Below, in pieces: positions 24,268 to 27,737 of a stretch of 27,737 nucleotides of DNA (positions within the stretch are counted from its first letter, which is position 1; the number at the start of each line of letters is the position of its first letter). The position numbers and the translations under genes were made by a program. The stretch spans positions 1 through 27,737 of the IMG/VR virus record IMGVR_UViG_3300042821_000020; one strand, given 5' to 3'. Below the pieces are notes generated by a model that worked only from the letters and a program-made list of their open reading frames with translations, did no database searches and had not been told where the DNA came from. The DNA comes from a virus (Duplodnaviria > Caudoviricetes).

Positions 24268-24681
24268 CTAGGCCGGCACGCCGGCGATGACCACTTCCAG
24301 GGTCATGATGCCGGCCTCGCTGGACTCCGAGTCCACGTCGGGGAAGCTGACGGCCTTCAGCTTCCCGGTGTAGACCAGGGTCGTGTCGTAGTGGTTCCTG
24401 TCCACGTCCAGATGGATCTTCGTGATCGTGACATTGCGCCGACCGACCGCCTCGATGAGTGCCTTGGCGATGTTCAGGTCGAAGCCGAAGTCCATCATGC
24501 GGCCGACGGTGACGTTGCCGGTGGTCTTCGTGCCGCCGAGCGACACCGCTTCGCCCAGCGCGCCAGGCCGGTAGGTCATCGCCTCGCTGTCCACCTCGCC
24601 GCCGGTCATGGTGTCGAAGGTGCCCAGGTTGCCGATGCCGTCCACGGACACCGTGATGTCGTACTGGTCTCGACGAGGCAT
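24268..24681 (-). CDS. Tail tube protein
   Basis: 137 aa beta-rich protein after the sheath: FDTMTGGE..YRPG..GNVTVGR..DSESSEA..TLE. Confidence 0.85.
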   Translation of the reverse strand: MPRRDQYDITVSVDGIGNLGTFDTMTGGEVDSEAMTYRPGALGEAVSLGGTKTTGNVTVGRMMDFGFDLNIAKALIEAVGRRNVTITKIHLDVDRNHYDTTLVYTGKLKAVSFPDVDSESSEAGIMTLEVVIAGVPA

Positions 24682-26114
24682 TACGCCAAAACCTCCGTGA
24701 TCTGCTGCTTGACGATCTCGACCTTGACCAGCTCCGCGAACGGGCTGGTCTTGAGGTAGATGACGGCCCTGATCTCCCCGTTCGCGATGGTCTCGGGCGT
24801 GTTCACGGCGTTGCCGGTGTCCACAAGGAACGCCTCGCTGGCAGTCGCGCCGTACAGCTGGCCGGACTGATGGTAGGGCACGAGCATGCCCGTCAGCTGG
24901 CCTCCGAACGCGGCGAAGATGATGCCCCCGCCGTCGATCTGGGAGAACGTGAAGTCCTCGGCGATGGCGTATGCCTTCGCCTTGATCTCCATCACGAGCC
25001 GGACGTTGTTGAGCCCGAGCCAGTGCCGCAGGGTGATCGGATCGGCCAGCGTGCGGTAGCCGTACGTGCGCACGCCGCCGAGCATGGCCCGGGCGATGTC
25101 CACCCCGCCCTCGTTCAGTTCCTCGCGGTCGTCATCGTTGAACGAGCCGACCACGCCGATCGCGTAGCGGGCCTGTCCATTGACTCCTGCCGCCGGCACG
25201 TTCGGCTGACGGAGCCGTGCCATGAGGGCGGCCTGCACGGCGCTGTAGGGCACCGTGCGAAGCGTGCCCGCAACGACACCAGGCACCTGCGCCCACGGCG
25301 CGAACAGGGCGCCGTAGCGCGCGTTGGGGTCGTCACGGAGCCCGTCGGCCTGCGCGATGAGCGCGGACTTGCTGGGCGTCGCTGCGTACACCGTGTCCAG
25401 AAGCGCGACGCGGTTCATGTCGTAGGCGTGCTGGAGCAGCGCCCGCTGGATGGCCGAGGTCGTGCGAGCCGGCGCGGACACCTGGCCGGGGCCGAGTTCG
25501 ATCGACAGCTTGGCCAGCGCCGCTTCCCATGTCGCGTCGGTCGCGTTGGCCGAGTCATCGGTGCCGGCCGACATCGCGGTCGCCGCGAGCACCTTGGGAT
25601 CGAGCGCCGACGGGCCTGCCGACGTGATGGTCACGTAGCCGGAGGTCGAAGACCAGTCGATCGCGGCCTGCTTGTCCGCGAGCAGCGGGCTCTCCTCCAG
25701 CACGTCGCCTGCCGTGTTGGTCAGGACGATCGTGTAGTCGGTGCCCGACACGACCACGGCCACCTTGATGCCGGTCGAACCAGCGCCCGCACTGCGCGAC
25801 TCGACCTTCAGGGTGGGAGCCGGCGTCACGTCCGTCAGGGTGATGAACCCCTTGGTCGGTGCCGGGCCGAACACGCGCTGGAAGTACGCGCGGGAGCCGC
25901 CCTCGCGGAAGAACGTCTCCATCGCGTCGTACGAGGTCTGGTAGCCGGTGCGGCCCCCGTACTTGCGCTGGTACTCGCCGAACGAGCGCAGCAGCGTCGG
26001 CGTGTCCGGGCCACTCTCGGTGAGCCCGACCACGAACCATGTGTCGATGCTGACGGGCGCCGACCTGGGCGGTGCCGCATCGACAACCGTGACCTCTACC
26101 CCTGGCCGGCTCAC
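24681..26114 (-). CDS. Contractile tail sheath protein (477 aa)
   Basis: MSRPGVEV..FVVGLTESGP..RSFGEY..FFREGGSRAY..RV; LNEGGV..G.RTL; NTPETIANGE..PFAE.V. Start at GTG 26114 (GTGA). Confidence 0.95.
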   Translation of the reverse strand: MSRPGVEVTVVDAAPPRSAPVSIDTWFVVGLTESGPDTPTLLRSFGEYQRKYGGRTGYQTSYDAMETFFREGGSRAYFQRVFGPAPTKGFITLTDVTPAPTLKVESRSAGAGSTGIKVAVVVSGTDYTIVLTNTAGDVLEESPLLADKQAAIDWSSTSGYVTITSAGPSALDPKVLAATAMSAGTDDSANATDATWEAALAKLSIELGPGQVSAPARTTSAIQRALLQHAYDMNRVALLDTVYAATPSKSALIAQADGLRDDPNARYGALFAPWAQVPGVVAGTLRTVPYSAVQAALMARLRQPNVPAAGVNGQARYAIGVVGSFNDDDREELNEGGVDIARAMLGGVRTYGYRTLADPITLRHWLGLNNVRLVMEIKAKAYAIAEDFTFSQIDGGGIIFAAFGGQLTGMLVPYHQSGQLYGATASEAFLVDTGNAVNTPETIANGEIRAVIYLKTSPFAELVKVEIVKQQITEVLA

Positions 26115-26368
26115 GGCTTGTCCTCCGTGGGCTGGTTCTTCTGGTCGATCGCCGGGCCGGCGGCTGCCGACGGCGACTCCACCAGCGAGCCGACGTCCAC
26201 CAGGAACTTGTTGTGCCTGTTCATGGGGATGTCCGTGACCTCCTCGTTGGGCTGTAGCATGCGCCCGTCGGAAAGATCGATCGGCACGGGTGCGGCGTTG
26301 AAGTACGACTTGGGCTTCTCCGCACCGTCGCCGGCCCTGGTGGTTCCCTTCTGTTCCTTGTCGGTCAT
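26111..26368 (-). CDS. Small hypothetical virion-associated protein (85 aa)
   Basis: GGAGGAG RBS; lies between tail terminator and sheath, coupled on both sides. Confidence 0.75.
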   Translation of the reverse strand: MTDKEQKGTTRAGDGAEKPKSYFNAAPVPIDLSDGRMLQPNEEVTDIPMNRHNKFLVDVGSLVESPSAAAGPAIDQKNQPTEDKP

Positions 26369-26944
26369 CTACTCCTCCACCGATGTTTGGACTGCGATCT
26401 GTACATCGACGATGGCACGGCCCCACGGGTCTTCGAGCAGCGGGGGCTTCGGGCCAAGCTTGTCGTTGATCCCGACGACGAAGAACACCGTCGAGGCCAG
26501 CATGCTGCGGTTGTGATCGTTGTCTACCAGTTCGTTGTACCGTTCATCGACGTAGGTGATGCCCTCGACCACTCCTGCCGGCAGCCCAAGAGACGGGTAT
26601 TGCAGCATGAGATGGCGAATGCAGGCCGCGTAGTCCTCGGCCACGTCTCGGGTATCGGTCTGCGTCGCGGCCGAGACTATGGCAGCGACACCGACACCGA
26701 ACGGCAGCATGTAGACTGGCTTGCTGGATTCTCCTCTCCTGGGCGGTGCTTCACCGACGAGCCCGATGCTCGCCACGACGATGCAGGGAAGCTGCTCCTC
26801 CACCCAGTTGTCGATCGTGTTGCGACGGGTGATGCTGGCAGGAGACGCGGTTCCCGGGAAGAACGTGTTGAGGTAGTCCAAGATGTGCAGGTCGAGGGTG
26901 TCCACGATCGCCTTCTCCAGCTGCTTCGCGCTGAACGGCGTCAT
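26369..26944 (-). CDS. Putative tail terminator/completion protein (191 aa)
   Basis: ATGA coupling at 26944; QLPCIVV motif; position before the sheath. Confidence 0.65.
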   Translation of the reverse strand: MTPFSAKQLEKAIVDTLDLHILDYLNTFFPGTASPASITRRNTIDNWVEEQLPCIVVASIGLVGEAPPRRGESSKPVYMLPFGVGVAAIVSAATQTDTRDVAEDYAACIRHLMLQYPSLGLPAGVVEGITYVDERYNELVDNDHNRSMLASTVFFVVGINDKLGPKPPLLEDPWGRAIVDVQIAVQTSVEE

Positions 26945-27405
26945 GTCATGCTGCCAGTCATGATGTAGTGCTCGATGGCCTTGACCCACCTGCGACGATC
27001 CCAGACTGGGATGCGCATGAAGTTGCGGCGTGGCATGTGCTCGGTGCCGGTGGTATGGAACCGTGCGTAGGGGATGCGCGTGCCCAGGATCATCTCGTCG
27101 CGCCGGATCGTGCGCACCGAGCCCTTGGCATGCCGCACCGTCAGCGAACGCACCAGATCGCGGTTGTACTGAAGGATGCCATGATCCTTGCCGACATCGA
27201 TCTTGTGCATCTGCCACTTGAAGGTCAGCGGGCGCCACATCGGCCCGGAGTACTGGCCCTCGGACGCGAAGTTCGACGCCATGATGCGCTCAAAGTCGGT
27301 CGCGATCCAGTTGAAGGGCACGCGCATGTCCTGGGCGCGATCACCGATCGCCCGGACGGAGCGCATGACGCCCTCAAAGCCAAAGTCCTCGACTTCGAGT
27401 CTCAT
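26941..27405 (-). CDS. Virion morphogenesis protein (P2 gpS / Mu gpG-like)
   Basis: NFASEG..WRPL..IL..L.RSL..GT..PYARFH.TGT.HMPRRNF motif. Confidence 0.85.
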   Translation of the reverse strand: MRLEVEDFGFEGVMRSVRAIGDRAQDMRVPFNWIATDFERIMASNFASEGQYSGPMWRPLTFKWQMHKIDVGKDHGILQYNRDLVRSLTVRHAKGSVRTIRRDEMILGTRIPYARFHTTGTEHMPRRNFMRIPVWDRRRWVKAIEHYIMTGSMT

Positions 27406-27457
27406 GGGGTATCACCGGCGGCTAGCCGCTGCCCGTACATGGCATGTAGGCTCACGA

Positions 27458-27737
27458 CTAGCCGCCAGCCTTTTCGAGACGCCGGATGATGTCGTTCAGC
27501 GTCCACGTCGATCCGTCGTTGCCGACCAGGCCCGCCACATCGCCGGGCGGATCGAGCCAGACCCAACCGTAGCCCGGGAAGGTCGCGGTGGGAATGTTGT
27601 CGCTGGTGCCAGTGACGTTCGGGTCGTCGCTGATGATGGTACACGTCGATTCCTTCATCGTCGCGTACATGGCCGCGTACTCCGCGAAGGCGCTGCGATC
27701 CTGCGACACCTGCTCTGGGAAGTACGACAGTTCGATC
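27458..27737 (-). CDS. Head-to-tail adaptor, C-terminal part (5' end outside the window)
   Basis: Frame open from the right edge: IELSYFPEQVSQDRSAFAEY..; position upstream of the neck genes. Confidence 0.6.
   Translation of the reverse strand, partial: IELSYFPEQVSQDRSAFAEYAAMYATMKESTCTIISDDPNVTGTSDNIPTATFPGYGWVWLDPPGDVAGLVGNDGSTWTLNDIIRRLEKAGG

Larger units (their letters stand above)
1..27737 (-). mobile_element. Tailed phage (myovirus-type) genome segment: tail, lysis, accessory and replication modules
   Basis: Co-oriented, overlapping genes in standard phage order (neck, sheath, tube, chaperone, tape measure, baseplate, fibre, lysis) followed by replication genes. No host housekeeping genes, integrase or att site are visible. 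Confidence 0.95.

Noticed and set aside
13666-26114. Extracellular contractile injection system or tailocin
   Set aside because: A head-tail adaptor, neck genes, a full tape measure and a linked replication module indicate a true phage.
24681-27238. ORF-track starts at 26426 and 27238 (also 18405, 16353, 13748, 13214, 12294, 11289, 9783, 3794)
   Set aside because: These upstream extensions overlap neighbouring genes or regulatory DNA. RBS positions and stop-start overlaps support the shorter starts listed in features.
28-27489. Many long plus-strand ORFs (e.g. 28-801, 8349-9605, 18984-20723, 24870-26516)
   Set aside because: They are antisense shadows of high-GC3 minus-strand genes, with no recognisable motifs, and they lie over well-supported genes.

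Overview
This is a GC-rich fragment of a tailed bacteriophage (or prophage) with a contractile tail. Every credible gene lies on the minus strand, and most are linked by ATGA/GTGA/TAATG overlaps. In transcription order (right to left) it contains: (1) neck and tail genes: adaptor (partial), virion morphogenesis protein, tail terminator, sheath, tube, chaperone with a GGGGGAA -1 frameshift, tape measure, LysM protein, multi-enzyme baseplate hub, collagen-containing spike/fibre, gp25-like, baseplate J, gpI-like and collar fibre; (2) a lysis cassette: small membrane proteins and an Amidase_2 endolysin with a Trp-rich repeat tail; (3) small accessory genes, including a tandem-HTH histone-like protein and a DUF6011-type Zn finger; (4) a replication/recombination module: SNF2 helicase, Fe-S PD-(D/E)XK exonuclease, Sak4-like ATPase, SSB-like protein, a DnaG-type primase fused to an MCM-like helicase, and an FAD-dependent oxidoreductase that runs off the left edge and is missing from the ORF track. 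Promoter style, GC content and protein motifs suggest an actinobacterial host (inference). The most unexplained signal is a CTAG-rich element inside the primase-helicase linker (2632-2690) that recurs, both direct and inverted, around the promoter at 6729-6812, next to a long GNRA-capped hairpin. It is a candidate bipartite origin or regulatory system. All family assignments come from motifs recognised by eye; no searches were run.
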